From Oligoflexia bacterium (GTDB lineage: Bacteria; Bdellovibrionota; Bdellovibrionia; JABDDW01): a DNA stretch of 64,000 nucleotides. Both the position numbers and the translations under genes were made by a program. The DNA lies in the NCBI GenBank assembly GCA_043732305.1, contig JAYTHU010000031.1:4739-68738 (forward strand), in the 5' to 3' direction. The notes under the pieces are model-generated. The model searched no databases and was not told the DNA's origin. It saw nothing but the letters and a program-made list of their open reading frames with translations. Positions 19,750 through 30,204 of this stretch are shown in pieces; position 1 is the stretch's first letter; each line of letters starts with the position of its first letter.

Positions 19750-21591
19750 TTACCGAGGTGCCAGTAATGACTCGATCCTATTCACGGTGAATTTCTCCAG
19801 CCCCGGTTTGTCTTGCCATTTCTTGTCTGCAAGAATCTCGATGATTATCTCTCGTGCTTGGTTCTTAGTGAGATTTGGTCCACTCCCAAACGACACTTGT
19901 GTCAGCATTTTAAACAGAATAATTTGAGCTAAAGAAAACTTCAAATTCTTTGAAGAATCATGGGGTGCAAAAAATACGGTTGGAGCAGCGTGAATTTGAA
20001 AAGAATAATTCTCTTTTTGAACCACCAACGTTAGCTCATCCAAATAAGATATCATCTCCCTCAACACCGCGACGGGAATCCTCTTATTTTCAAGGTAACT
20101 ATCTAATAGTTCAAGTCTGGCAGCTGGACTGACCGGTAATTTCAAAACCTCCATCATTCTATCGAAATGAATTTGTTCTTCCGAACCCATTTTAAATCGA
20201 GGACGAGGTCTCTTATTGGAAACCTGTTGTAGGATTTTCTCAACGGCGAACATTTCTAACTTAGGAACATTCGACCATTTTTTAGTGTTAAAAAGTTTGC
20301 GGGCTATTTCCTGGGCCTCTTCCTTTGACAACGCTCCGTGCGCTCCGGGGATCAAACGCTTCAGCATCTTAAACAAAATCACATCACTATACCCAAATTT
20401 AGAATTGGAACGGGAATGGGGACTTTTGATTGAATAGAATATTGATTCTGGAAACGCAATAGACTGCATAGCTTCATTATCCTTGGCAATTGAGTCTTTA
20501 TTCAAAACAGGAATCATTTTCATAAACACCATGACCGGCACGCTCGTAGATTCGACATAACTTTCCAAAACCCCGAGAACACTTTCTAGACTTGCGGGGG
20601 ATTCCAAAAGAAAAAGCATGTGATCATAAATTTTTTGGTCCTCGGGGTCCAATTGAGACGAGCGTGGTCCATCTATGCCATTCTCACTGTCCATCAAAAA
20701 ATCGAGATCGATACCTTGTCGAGACGCCGAGATAACCGATTTCATAATTTCAATATCGCTGACTCCGTCGGCCAGTTCCTTGACCTCACTGACTTTCCCG
20801 ATAATTGGCGAAAGAGCGTCGATCATCATCACGACCTGCATTTGGAGAGCTTTTAGTTTCTGTATCTCTTTAGTGAAAGTCGCGACAAAAACATTTTCGC
20901 CCATTGAATTTTGAGTTGCTACCTCCAGAACGCTTTTTCGTTCGGCAATCGTGCTCTGTGTGACCCGAAGCAAAATGTATTCTTCATTCAATTGGCGAGA
21001 TATTTCCGGAAATTCAATTTTACACAGGGCAATACTTTGCTTGCAGCCTTTAATTTTATTAGCAATCTCGGTAACGGAAACTTTATAATTCTTGCTCAGC
21101 CCAAGAAAATGGCTCACCGAAGATGGCTTACCGACTGTTAGTTTTTTCTGAAGCTCCGTAGTCAAAGCGGAAACATTCTGCATCCCAAAAAATACGGTAC
21201 GAACCTTCTCCAAGCTTTCTTTATTTCGGTTCAAGGACAGGCCCGTCTGCTGCTTTGAAACTTCCAAAACCAAATCAAAAATCGGCTGATCCCAATCTTG
21301 CATAAATTCATTAGCCAGATACTGAGGATGAGAAAATCGAGAAGATTCGAGTTTGGACCTAAGACCTTCCACCAAAAAATGTGCAGCTTTCTGGATTTCA
21401 GAGTCATCCAGACTTTTTATCGTATGTTCGAACTCTGGCAAAGACGAACCGGACTTCAGAGTTTCAAGGATGGATGCGCACCTGTCCCCGAGAGACATTT
21501 CTTTTGGCGGCTGGGCACGGTGCCCTTCAATCTCAGAAGCCTCAACAAGGCCGGGGATTAAAAAGATAAAAACTAACATAAGAAACTTCAT
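19750..21591 (-). CDS. secreted protein, paralogue family member 1 (subgroup A)
   Basis: Signal peptide. Shares RC.S.LE.L, SRFSHPQYLA, C-x6-C (GCKQSIALCKIEF), NEEYILL and DLDFL blocks with 21598-22989 and 22986-24395. Confidence 0.6.
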   Translation of the reverse strand: MKFLMLVFIFLIPGLVEASEIEGHRAQPPKEMSLGDRCASILETLKSGSSLPEFEHTIKSLDDSEIQKAAHFLVEGLRSKLESSRFSHPQYLANEFMQDWDQPIFDLVLEVSKQQTGLSLNRNKESLEKVRTVFFGMQNVSALTTELQKKLTVGKPSSVSHFLGLSKNYKVSVTEIANKIKGCKQSIALCKIEFPEISRQLNEEYILLRVTQSTIAERKSVLEVATQNSMGENVFVATFTKEIQKLKALQMQVVMMIDALSPIIGKVSEVKELADGVSDIEIMKSVISASRQGIDLDFLMDSENGIDGPRSSQLDPEDQKIYDHMLFLLESPASLESVLGVLESYVESTSVPVMVFMKMIPVLNKDSIAKDNEAMQSIAFPESIFYSIKSPHSRSNSKFGYSDVILFKMLKRLIPGAHGALSKEEAQEIARKLFNTKKWSNVPKLEMFAVEKILQQVSNKRPRPRFKMGSEEQIHFDRMMEVLKLPVSPAARLELLDSYLENKRIPVAVLREMISYLDELTLVVQKENYSFQIHAAPTVFFAPHDSSKNLKFSLAQIILFKMLTQVSFGSGPNLTKNQAREIIIEILADKKWQDKPGLEKFTVNRIESLLAPR

Positions 21592-21597
21592 TTTTCC

Positions 21598-22989
21598 TTA
21601 CTCCGAAACCAAAGTGTGCAAATGACTGATCACGTATTTTTCCAGACCACCGTAATAAGACCACGTTGAATCGGTCAAAATTTCCCCGGCAATGACATGA
21701 GCATCCTCTTTAGATATTTTTCTCAAGTCGCTTTGAGTGACACGGCTTAATATTTTTGTAATGACAATGATTTTAAGCGGAAACTTCGAATTGACATTCA
21801 TGAAATTATGGGGAAGGAACTCGGTCGCCGGGTAAACTATTTTTTGGATAAACTGATCATCTCTCCAACTCGAATCATCAAATTTATAGATAATAGGTAC
21901 AATCTCTCTCAGCACATCAATAGAGATAGGAGTGCTATTTGCATAATCCTCGAGAATATTCAGAGCAATCCTGGAAGACGTCGGTGAGCTAAGAAGGTAA
22001 ATCATATGATCGAGGATTTGTCTATCACCGAGGCTGATTTTTACCAGACTTAAAGAAGGATTTAATTTAGAATCTCCTTCCACGAGAAAATCCAGATCCA
22101 ACCCTTGCGAAGAGGCACTGATCACTGATTTTACAATTTCACTCTCGTTCACGGCATCCGCCCGCTCTTTAATTTCCCGAACTTTTCCTAAGATCTGAGA
22201 AAGTCCACCAGTCATAGCGGAAACTTGCAACTGTTGAATCCCCAGCTTTTCTAGCTCTCGTTTGAAAGACTCAACTAAGATTTTCTCACTCGTCTGTTCC
22301 ATAGCCTCCCTTAAAATTCGTTCTCGCTCGACCATTAAACTGGAGGTAGCTTGCAGCAAAATATATTCTTCATTCAAATCTTGAACAATGGCGGAAAATT
22401 TAATTTTGCAAAGACCAATGGTTTTCCGGCACCCGCTAATTTTCTTAGCGAGTACCAAAACCTTAAGTTTATAGTCCGGTGATAACCAACGGCTGAGCTT
22501 GAAAACCGACGGCTTTCCCTCAGCTAAAATATTCTGTAACTTTCCCACAAGCAATCCGATGCTTTGGGTTCCATAAAGGGCGGCGTTGGCTCTCGCCATA
22601 CTTTCTTTATACCGAGAAACATCAAGACCGATTTTCTGCTTTGAAATCGCCAGTACAAGATCAAAAACTGACTGATTCCAGTTCGCGAGGACTTCACTGG
22701 CTAAATGCTGCGGATGAGAGAAACGTGAAGTGGAGATTTTTTCTTTTACTGCCATCACCAATTTTGAAGCTTCTTCCCGAAGAGTGGCTTCTCCTAAATC
22801 ACCCAATTTAGTTTCAAGTTCCAAAACTGTGGATCTATTTTCAAGCGCCTCTAGGACGCTGACGCAGCGAGTATGCAGATCAGAAGACTCCTGTGTTTTT
22901 TCTTCAGATAAAGATCCATGGAGTTCGGATGCCCTAGCGAAATTAGTCATACAAAAAATAAAAACTATAATAAATAATAAATATTTCAT
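21598..22989 (-). CDS. secreted protein, paralogue family member 2 (subgroup A)
   Basis: Signal peptide. SRFSHPQHLASE, GCRKTIGLCKIKF, NEEYILLQ and SVISASSQGLDLDFL are near-identical blocks to member 1. Confidence 0.6.
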   Translation of the reverse strand: MKYLLFIIVFIFCMTNFARASELHGSLSEEKTQESSDLHTRCVSVLEALENRSTVLELETKLGDLGEATLREEASKLVMAVKEKISTSRFSHPQHLASEVLANWNQSVFDLVLAISKQKIGLDVSRYKESMARANAALYGTQSIGLLVGKLQNILAEGKPSVFKLSRWLSPDYKLKVLVLAKKISGCRKTIGLCKIKFSAIVQDLNEEYILLQATSSLMVERERILREAMEQTSEKILVESFKRELEKLGIQQLQVSAMTGGLSQILGKVREIKERADAVNESEIVKSVISASSQGLDLDFLVEGDSKLNPSLSLVKISLGDRQILDHMIYLLSSPTSSRIALNILEDYANSTPISIDVLREIVPIIYKFDDSSWRDDQFIQKIVYPATEFLPHNFMNVNSKFPLKIIVITKILSRVTQSDLRKISKEDAHVIAGEILTDSTWSYYGGLEKYVISHLHTLVSE

Positions 22990-24395
22990 TTTATAACTCC
23001 ACGCACAGAGGCAATTCCCGAGTTCTGAAGAGCAACTTTTCGGAGGCCACAGCCAGACTTCAAGGCAAAAAACTCCCCGTTCGAATACAACTGGGTCTCA
23101 AGCTTTTTATAAAGCTCCAGATGCCCGTCTGAAGTGAGACTCATTTTTTTCGCCATCTGGCTGAGAGTTTTTGCGGAGAGCGTTTCACCTTGAAACAAAA
23201 TCAATTTTTTTGATGCCATGTAAGGAATGACAAATTTCAAATAATACTTATAGTTTTGGGAACCGTCGAAAACTCTTCTCACCTTATAAATTTCTTGTTG
23301 TGGGGCGGATTTTGCATAGATAAATATTGATCCCGTGAAAGGTTTAACCGCTTTGAGAAGAAACAAAAGGCTTTCGAGAGAAATGAATTTCATTACTTCA
23401 ATCTCTGCGAGAATCATGTCTCCTATTTCATCGTTAGAAAGTTCCGAATGAATAGCGCGCGCCACCTTCAATTTGAACTGCTCCTGTTGATCCAAATCCG
23501 TGTCTGTACGACTCGGAGACAAAGTCACGTCGTTTTCACCGATTAAAAATCCTAAATCAAAACCTTGAGATGCCGCTTCCATCACCGTTTTATGAGTAGA
23601 TCCTGTTTGAAAAATATCAGCCTGAGACATGACGTGGGAGATCTTGTCGATGGTCTCAGCCAGCTTTTCAGTTTTAATTTGCAATAAAGTTTTCTGCATG
23701 CCAAGCCTTTCGAGCTCAGTCTCAAGAATCCTTAAAAGCCCTGGGTGAGAAGTTATTTTCTTGGCCGCGACAAGAATCTTCATCTCATCAGAAAATGTCA
23801 TTTTTACGGCGTTGAGAAAAATCAGATCGGAATTGATTTGCTTTGATATGGAAGGCAAATCCAGTTGGCATTGGGCGAGAGATTTTTTACACAGGGCCGC
23901 TTTGCGGGCTAGGTCTTTGATTTTATTTGAATGGGTGCTTTTCAACATCAAAAATCTCCGCCCGCGGGAAATGGCCTTCTGAAGTTCATCAAGAACTATG
24001 GTCACATTCCTTGATCCGTAAAGGAGATTTTTCGCATTGGTCAGAGCCGGAGCTTCAAGCAGTTGCCCCGCCCCAAGATAACGTTTAGAAATAGAATTCA
24101 GAAGTTCATTCAAGTCCGAGTGATTTTCGGCCATACCCTCGCGCAAGACGTGCACTGGCTGGGAAAGGGAATGATCCGTCAGACTTTTTTCTAAGTGAGA
24201 AATGAGATCTCGACTCTCCGCTCCAATCTTCTCGTCGCTCAACGGATGAAATTCTTTTTCCAAATCGTGATTTCTATTTTGGCTCAGATTTTCAAGTAAG
24301 AGTCCACAGCGAAGAGAAAGATCACCGGCATTTAAAAACGGAGAGAATAGAAAGACTAGTTCTAGAAAAAGTAGACCTATAATTTTCGATCTCAT
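22986..24395 (-). CDS. secreted protein, paralogue family member 3 (subgroup A, diverged)
   Basis: Signal peptide. LRCGLLLENL, C-x6-C (LCKKSLAQCQLDL), EAASQGFDLGFL. 4-nt overlaps with both neighbours. Confidence 0.55.
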   Translation of the reverse strand: MRSKIIGLLFLELVFLFSPFLNAGDLSLRCGLLLENLSQNRNHDLEKEFHPLSDEKIGAESRDLISHLEKSLTDHSLSQPVHVLREGMAENHSDLNELLNSISKRYLGAGQLLEAPALTNAKNLLYGSRNVTIVLDELQKAISRGRRFLMLKSTHSNKIKDLARKAALCKKSLAQCQLDLPSISKQINSDLIFLNAVKMTFSDEMKILVAAKKITSHPGLLRILETELERLGMQKTLLQIKTEKLAETIDKISHVMSQADIFQTGSTHKTVMEAASQGFDLGFLIGENDVTLSPSRTDTDLDQQEQFKLKVARAIHSELSNDEIGDMILAEIEVMKFISLESLLFLLKAVKPFTGSIFIYAKSAPQQEIYKVRRVFDGSQNYKYYLKFVIPYMASKKLILFQGETLSAKTLSQMAKKMSLTSDGHLELYKKLETQLYSNGEFFALKSGCGLRKVALQNSGIASVRGVIK

Positions 24396-26248
24396 TCCGT
24401 CCTCAAAATGGCTTCGCTTACAAGCTGATCCACAACTTCACTTATCTTTGCGTCTCGCTCTGGATCAAGATGAACCCCTCTAGAAAGAGCTGTTCTTTCT
24501 ATCACTTTCTTAAGATTTTCCCTCGCTGTAGTTTCAAATTCAGAAATGTTATCTTGCCCAAGGATTTGAACATGGCGCAAACCCACTACCGCAAAAAATA
24601 TACTCGCATTGAATGCCTGTTTTTCGTGACTCATTCCTATCGCATTATAAATACTGTCAGGAATTTGCGCGTATGTGTCCACCCAATTCACAGATTGGTT
24701 CTTGCGAGAAAAAAGAAGCGTCGACAGAGAAAGGTACTGCGCAATGGTGATGCGACGATTTTCCTTGAACAAATGAGTCCAAATTCTCGAGGCAATACGG
24801 CTTGCAGAAATCTGACTCAGATAGGTTGTTTCCATTTCTTTTTTAATTCCCACGAGATAATCAGAAACACCTAAATCAACCAAAGGCTCAAGCAGTCCTC
24901 GAAGTGACTGATTCAATGCGAGGCCCAATTTGTCATTTTTATGATGGGACAAAACATAACCGATGAACTTTGGAATTTTCGATGCGAAAACAGGATCTTC
25001 AAAAAGAAGGTTGAATCCCTGAAAGAGAACTCTTTGATCCGTGTTTTCGAGAAGATTAGTGGCCATTGTGCCGAATAAATGACTAGCCAAAAGTTCATCA
25101 TCTTCACTGTTGGCAGCAAACTTTTCCACTCTAAGCATGGTTTCAGCAACCAAACGTGTATCTAACCACTTCACAGAAAGAAGAGCAGTGAGTTGTAAAA
25201 AATCTGCATTTTCCTGGAGCTTTTCCACTGCATGACCATAAGCTGCAGATGTGAGGGGCAATGATTTTAAAAGATTCCATGACTCTTCTTTTATACCCCA
25301 AATACTTACACTTTTTTGTTCGCGCCTATGCCACTCCATTTTCCATTCGATAGGCTCCACGTCATCTTCTCGCGGCACTAGAAGAGGCTGGAGATCCACG
25401 GGCACTTTCAGTGATTGGGCTTTGATAATCAAACGGTGGCTAAACTCAACCCTGGATTCCCGAGCGTTACTGCCCACTTGATCGGCGGTAATAATTATTT
25501 TTTCTAAAGTCTCACTCATAATCAAAAAATAGGACTCAAGCTTAGCTATCTCTAGCCTTTTGTTATTTAGCGCCGTTATCACGGAACTTTGAGGGAAAGT
25601 AGATGGCAACCAGTCAGATAGATTTTCCAAAAGGAGATCTAAAATTTTAACTTGATCTTGCAGTAACGACTCCACATTTTTGACCGTCGCGAACTCCTGA
25701 TTGAGATTTTCAATAATTGTTTTAAGCTCTTTTGAACAATGGTTGATCGATACCCGACACTCTCTCACTCGAGCGACTTGTTTGAGAAGTTCCTGCTTTT
25801 TTTTCTCGATGTTGAATCGAGCGCGACCGTATTGATCGATCCTTACATCTAAACTATTCAAAAGTTTCTGTTCGCTGTCCACACCAAAGAGAAGCGTTTC
25901 TAATTCTTCTAACTTTTTAGGCTTAGAGTTTGTGTTTTGAGAAACTTGTCTTTGGCTCACTGCTCGTACCATTTCTAAAAGAGGTTCAAAATGATCTTGA
26001 AGCCGAGTTTGAATTTGAAAATACGGACTAGAGAATTTTTCTTTTTCTAATGCAAAAACTAAATCCTTCACTAATTTTTCATAGACTTGTTTCTGGTCCA
26101 CAGGTTGGGATGCCTTGAATTCCAAAACTTTTTCAAGCTCAAGGATACATGGTTGTGCATTGATAAAGGTGGGAGAAGAAGTAACTGCTGAAAAAGCGTT
26201 GCCACCTAGAAAAAAAACGGGAAACACTAAAGATAAAAACACTTTCAT
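24392..26248 (-). CDS. secreted protein, paralogue family member 4 (subgroup B)
   Basis: Signal peptide. FSSPYFQIQ, LEELETLLFG, C-x6-C (ECRVSINHCSKEL), NQEF and WLP blocks shared with 26248-28161 and 30205-32106. Confidence 0.6.
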   Translation of the reverse strand: MKVFLSLVFPVFFLGGNAFSAVTSSPTFINAQPCILELEKVLEFKASQPVDQKQVYEKLVKDLVFALEKEKFSSPYFQIQTRLQDHFEPLLEMVRAVSQRQVSQNTNSKPKKLEELETLLFGVDSEQKLLNSLDVRIDQYGRARFNIEKKKQELLKQVARVRECRVSINHCSKELKTIIENLNQEFATVKNVESLLQDQVKILDLLLENLSDWLPSTFPQSSVITALNNKRLEIAKLESYFLIMSETLEKIIITADQVGSNARESRVEFSHRLIIKAQSLKVPVDLQPLLVPREDDVEPIEWKMEWHRREQKSVSIWGIKEESWNLLKSLPLTSAAYGHAVEKLQENADFLQLTALLSVKWLDTRLVAETMLRVEKFAANSEDDELLASHLFGTMATNLLENTDQRVLFQGFNLLFEDPVFASKIPKFIGYVLSHHKNDKLGLALNQSLRGLLEPLVDLGVSDYLVGIKKEMETTYLSQISASRIASRIWTHLFKENRRITIAQYLSLSTLLFSRKNQSVNWVDTYAQIPDSIYNAIGMSHEKQAFNASIFFAVVGLRHVQILGQDNISEFETTARENLKKVIERTALSRGVHLDPERDAKISEVVDQLVSEAILRTE

Positions 26249-28161
26249 TAATTTAACTGCCCCACCGTTCTATTCAGGAGATTGTCTATGTATTTTTCGA
26301 CTCCCAGCTGATAGGATTGACTGGATCTCTTGTGACCGGGCATATGCTGAAGCACGATTCTCAACAGACGAGCATGCGCACGCTTTCTAAAATTAGGAAT
26401 ATTATCCATGCTCAGAATTTGAATCTTACTCAGTGCTTTTACGGCAAAAAATATTATTGGATTGAGCCTGACGTAACCATCCCCTTGGAATGGCCCATAA
26501 AATTCTTTGGGTAGAACTTTAAGTTCATCGTTGCTCCAACCTCCCGGACAGAGATCCCAGACAGAGGTTGCTCCGTGATTTACCGATACTTCTAAAAGTT
26601 TGAAATAATCTTCTGCAACCAAACGAGTCTTAGGATCGTTCAAATAATCCCACATCAGCTTGACTTCAAGATCTCGCGAGTCAGTGCCTTCTCCCGCAAG
26701 CTCGCCCATCCTCTGCATAAAATTAAAATCAACCATCACCGTGGGTCCCAGCATGAGGGCTTGTGTGATAATCAGGCGGGCTCGATCCGCGGTGCCCACT
26801 GGGTGCAGTTCACCCAGGAAAAGTGGAATCTGCCCGAGGACATCTCCCTGGAAAAGCCCACTGAACCGGCTGTGAATCCAATCATTCTCCATACGGTGAT
26901 TGAGACGTGACATAAGAAAGTCCACGGCAAGTTTTCCTCGAGCCTTAAATATCACGTCTTTGGATTTGAGAAAGCCTTCGATTGCACGAACAATCTGCAG
27001 AAGGTCAGGTGCTCCGCCAATGTTTAAGGAAAATAATTCTATTTTCCTCATGAGACTTTCCGTCTGACCTAATTCATCAGCCAATATTTTAAATTGCCGG
27101 CTGTTTAAGGGAAGCTTCAATAAAACCTGCCACGAAGGGTATTTATCATCCCAAACAGCACTCTCCATGTTGTCTTCGCTAGCGGCTATGTTCGCTGGCT
27201 TGTCGGGTCCCGGTAAAAACTGGTCTAAATTTATATTTATATCCCAATAAGTTGATTTCAGTTCATCCCGCTCTTTCAAGATAAAATTGAGATCAATGGC
27301 CGGTGACTCCGAACCAGCGCGGATGATAGCCCTTTGAATCCCTTCTATTTGGGTTGAGCCTGCGTGGCTTGCGGACTGATCTGCTCCGATCATGATTTTT
27401 TCAATGGCGTCAGCCATCAATGTGAAATAACTCACCGATTGACCGAGCTCTTGAATCTTATTTGAAATAGCTTTCTTGACAGAATCACTTCCCGATTTCA
27501 CAGGCAACCAGTCATTGGTATTCGAGAGGACAAGTTCGAGAATTTTCGTTTCATCTTCCAAAACACTGAGCACGGTTTTTACAATTTTATATTCGGCGTT
27601 CATTTCTGAAAGCAGAACGGTCACATCAGTAGTGCATTTCTTAATGGCAGCACGGCATGCTTTCAATTTGTTCCCGGCATCTACAACCGCTCTTACCCTA
27701 TCGGCTATTTTCTCGCCCGTTGTTTTGAATGAAATCAGCCCCCCCTTCCGCTTAGCACTGAGGGTATTATTTAATTGCTCGAGTAATTTCAACTCCGTGT
27801 TTGTTCCAAAAAGAAGGGTTTCCAATTCTTCCAGAGCCTTGGGCTTTGTCGTCGAACTATTAGAAATTTGTCGGAGACTCACTTCCAGCGCAAGTTCAAT
27901 GATGGGTTTTAGATATTCGCTCAAACTATTTTGAATGACAAAATAACTACTGGAAAAAAAATCACTTTTGAGAGCCGCTTCGAGCTGCTTTTGTAAAATA
28001 GAATATCTAATCTCGATCGACTCACCATTGTTTTTGACGATGCTTTCAAGAGACGCTTTGCATGGGGGCCGGCTGAGCTCGGCACTTTTAGCGCAGGAAA
28101 TCCAAAGGCACCCTGCCAGAAATGCCATTGCCAAAATAAAAGGCTTTTTGTCCCCGCTCAA
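26248..28161 (-). CDS. lipoprotein, paralogue family member 5 (subgroup B)
   Basis: LAGC lipobox. FFSSSYFVIQ, LEELETLLFG, ACRAAIKKCTTDV, NAEY, NDWLP. TAATG stop/start overlap with member 4. Confidence 0.6.
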   Translation of the reverse strand: MSGDKKPFILAMAFLAGCLWISCAKSAELSRPPCKASLESIVKNNGESIEIRYSILQKQLEAALKSDFFSSSYFVIQNSLSEYLKPIIELALEVSLRQISNSSTTKPKALEELETLLFGTNTELKLLEQLNNTLSAKRKGGLISFKTTGEKIADRVRAVVDAGNKLKACRAAIKKCTTDVTVLLSEMNAEYKIVKTVLSVLEDETKILELVLSNTNDWLPVKSGSDSVKKAISNKIQELGQSVSYFTLMADAIEKIMIGADQSASHAGSTQIEGIQRAIIRAGSESPAIDLNFILKERDELKSTYWDININLDQFLPGPDKPANIAASEDNMESAVWDDKYPSWQVLLKLPLNSRQFKILADELGQTESLMRKIELFSLNIGGAPDLLQIVRAIEGFLKSKDVIFKARGKLAVDFLMSRLNHRMENDWIHSRFSGLFQGDVLGQIPLFLGELHPVGTADRARLIITQALMLGPTVMVDFNFMQRMGELAGEGTDSRDLEVKLMWDYLNDPKTRLVAEDYFKLLEVSVNHGATSVWDLCPGGWSNDELKVLPKEFYGPFQGDGYVRLNPIIFFAVKALSKIQILSMDNIPNFRKRAHARLLRIVLQHMPGHKRSSQSYQLGVEKYIDNLLNRTVGQLN

Positions 28162-28178
28162 TTCTTCCCACCCTGATC

Positions 28179-30092
28179 TTATAATTTAGTTTTTGCTATA
28201 TTTTCGAGCTCTGAAGTGCAGTCCGCTCCATCCATGGTTCCGCCCACACTACGACTCACTAAATTTTGAGCTTCAATGGCCGCAGAATTGAGACGGCCCA
28301 TCGCGATAAAACTCTTACTTGCTTCTATTTCCATGCGGGCTTTTTCAGAGATAATAAAGTCGGCCGTTTCCTTGATTGTCTCGGCGCTGAAGTATGCCGT
28401 GGTATTGATCTCAATGATCATGTCATTGGCGCGCGCGACTTCAACTCGCAATTGTTTCAAACCTGCCTCTTGAGTGGCTCGCACCGCTTTGTTTGTACCT
28501 ACGGCCATTTCTAAAGTGGAGTTGGTGTTTTTGATCATTTCCAAGGTGGTAAAAATAGGCATGCCATTTCTCACGTTAGCGATGTCTTCTCTTACAAAAT
28601 AAATAGTGTCTAGCTGTTTGGCCATAGCTTCACCTATGAGTTCCATAGCTGAGGCCTGACTCAAACCCGCATTGAGACGGTTTCTGAGCTTCTGGCCCAC
28701 ATATGAAATCACGGCTTTCTCATCTTCAAAACGTCCATTGAGATGAAATTCTTCAACGACTCTGGCGATTTCATCGTCGACGAGTTTCCCGAGAGCTACT
28801 TTCATTTTCAAATCTTGGAGGTATCCAGACATCTCATGAAGAGTCGTGATGATTTGCACGCCACTTTCCTTCAATGTTTTAGAGTTGCTCAGCAATACAT
28901 TGTCGACACTCGTGATGCCTTGGCGGTGACTCAACAGTGCCAAACGATCTTTCTTAGGTTTAACGGCGGAAGTCAATTTTCGTTTCACGTAGCCTGGATT
29001 AGGAGCTGCCGAAAGTTTTCCATGCCATCGTTCACGTATCGTGGATTTCCCCACTTCATGCCCCATGCTCTGAAGAAGGTAAGACAAGTCCTTGATGTTT
29101 TGAAGAGATTTTAATTGGGTGTCGTTGATAGCAATATATTGTTTCGAGTTGCGATCTAAAATCTTATTGTTATTCAAGAAGCGTGTGGCCTGCTCGGAAG
29201 AAGCACTCAACTCACTTTCTAACGTTTGCATATTTTCTTGGCGGATTTGCGTTCGCCCCTCGGGAGATAATGTTTTTTCAATAAGTTCTAGAGCCAGCTC
29301 CTTAGCTTTTTTAGTGAGAGCGTCTGCGGAAACTCTGCTCATACGAACTTCAAGAGGCTTGGTTTCGCCCTCACCATTTTTATAATCACCAAGCAAGATT
29401 GTTCGAGTTTGATTTCGAGCGTAGAAAATTTCATCCACGCCATCACGTCTGCGAGAAGCGGCGTCTATCTCCTCGATTTCAAAAAGAATGCCGTCTCCGT
29501 TGGACAAAATATCTTTCGCATACTTCAAGAGACTAGCAGCAGGAATTTGCTGAGTGAGTCCTTGCCGAAGCACATCAAAATACATTTTTAAATTTACTAG
29601 AGAATCCGCATTTAATTTTCCCGGAGCAGTGGTCGTCACTAAAGTCACGAGATCTCTTAAACTGGGATCAGATGTCAATTGAGAGATATCAAAGGAACCA
29701 AGAGTCGCCAGAATCTCAAGTCTGATTTGGTTGACGTCAATGACTTTTGAATCTTTGGTTTCTTGAGCCACAATTGTTTGCAGGGCGGTGCTTACTGCAG
29801 GAAGTTTGTCACCAATCACGGCGATGGAAGATATCGCTTCGGGACTAAGTTTGTATTGAGTTTTTCCACTCTTAAATCTTTCTTGCAGCCGTCGAGTGAT
29901 TTCCGCAATCATGCTAGTTTGCACTACCTCAGTTTGCATTGCCTCCAATTGCCCGTGTTTATAGCTTGGCAGCTGAGTTGTAGTCACCTGACCGCCGGCA
30001 AAAGCAAGACTGCTCACCAATAAAAGGCTCAATGATTTTCCAAGAAGTTTGAGAAAAAAATTATTCTTTTGCATACTAGAAATCCCCTCCAT
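28179..30092 (-). CDS. secreted alpha-helical protein, first gene of the operon, not a family member
   Basis: 637-aa ORF with signal peptide (LLLVSSLAFAGGQ). No shared blocks with the paralogue family. No recognised domain. Confidence 0.5.
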   Translation of the reverse strand: MEGISSMQKNNFFLKLLGKSLSLLLVSSLAFAGGQVTTTQLPSYKHGQLEAMQTEVVQTSMIAEITRRLQERFKSGKTQYKLSPEAISSIAVIGDKLPAVSTALQTIVAQETKDSKVIDVNQIRLEILATLGSFDISQLTSDPSLRDLVTLVTTTAPGKLNADSLVNLKMYFDVLRQGLTQQIPAASLLKYAKDILSNGDGILFEIEEIDAASRRRDGVDEIFYARNQTRTILLGDYKNGEGETKPLEVRMSRVSADALTKKAKELALELIEKTLSPEGRTQIRQENMQTLESELSASSEQATRFLNNNKILDRNSKQYIAINDTQLKSLQNIKDLSYLLQSMGHEVGKSTIRERWHGKLSAAPNPGYVKRKLTSAVKPKKDRLALLSHRQGITSVDNVLLSNSKTLKESGVQIITTLHEMSGYLQDLKMKVALGKLVDDEIARVVEEFHLNGRFEDEKAVISYVGQKLRNRLNAGLSQASAMELIGEAMAKQLDTIYFVREDIANVRNGMPIFTTLEMIKNTNSTLEMAVGTNKAVRATQEAGLKQLRVEVARANDMIIEINTTAYFSAETIKETADFIISEKARMEIEASKSFIAMGRLNSAAIEAQNLVSRSVGGTMDGADCTSELENIAKTKL

Positions 30093-30204
30093 AAAAGTAC
30101 TTCATCCATCTTAACGCAATGCGTAAATAAATTTAAATTGTTTCTGCTAACCGCCACACTGCAATTTCTAAGCCCACGGAACGCAACTTGCAGTTGTTAA
30201 TTTT

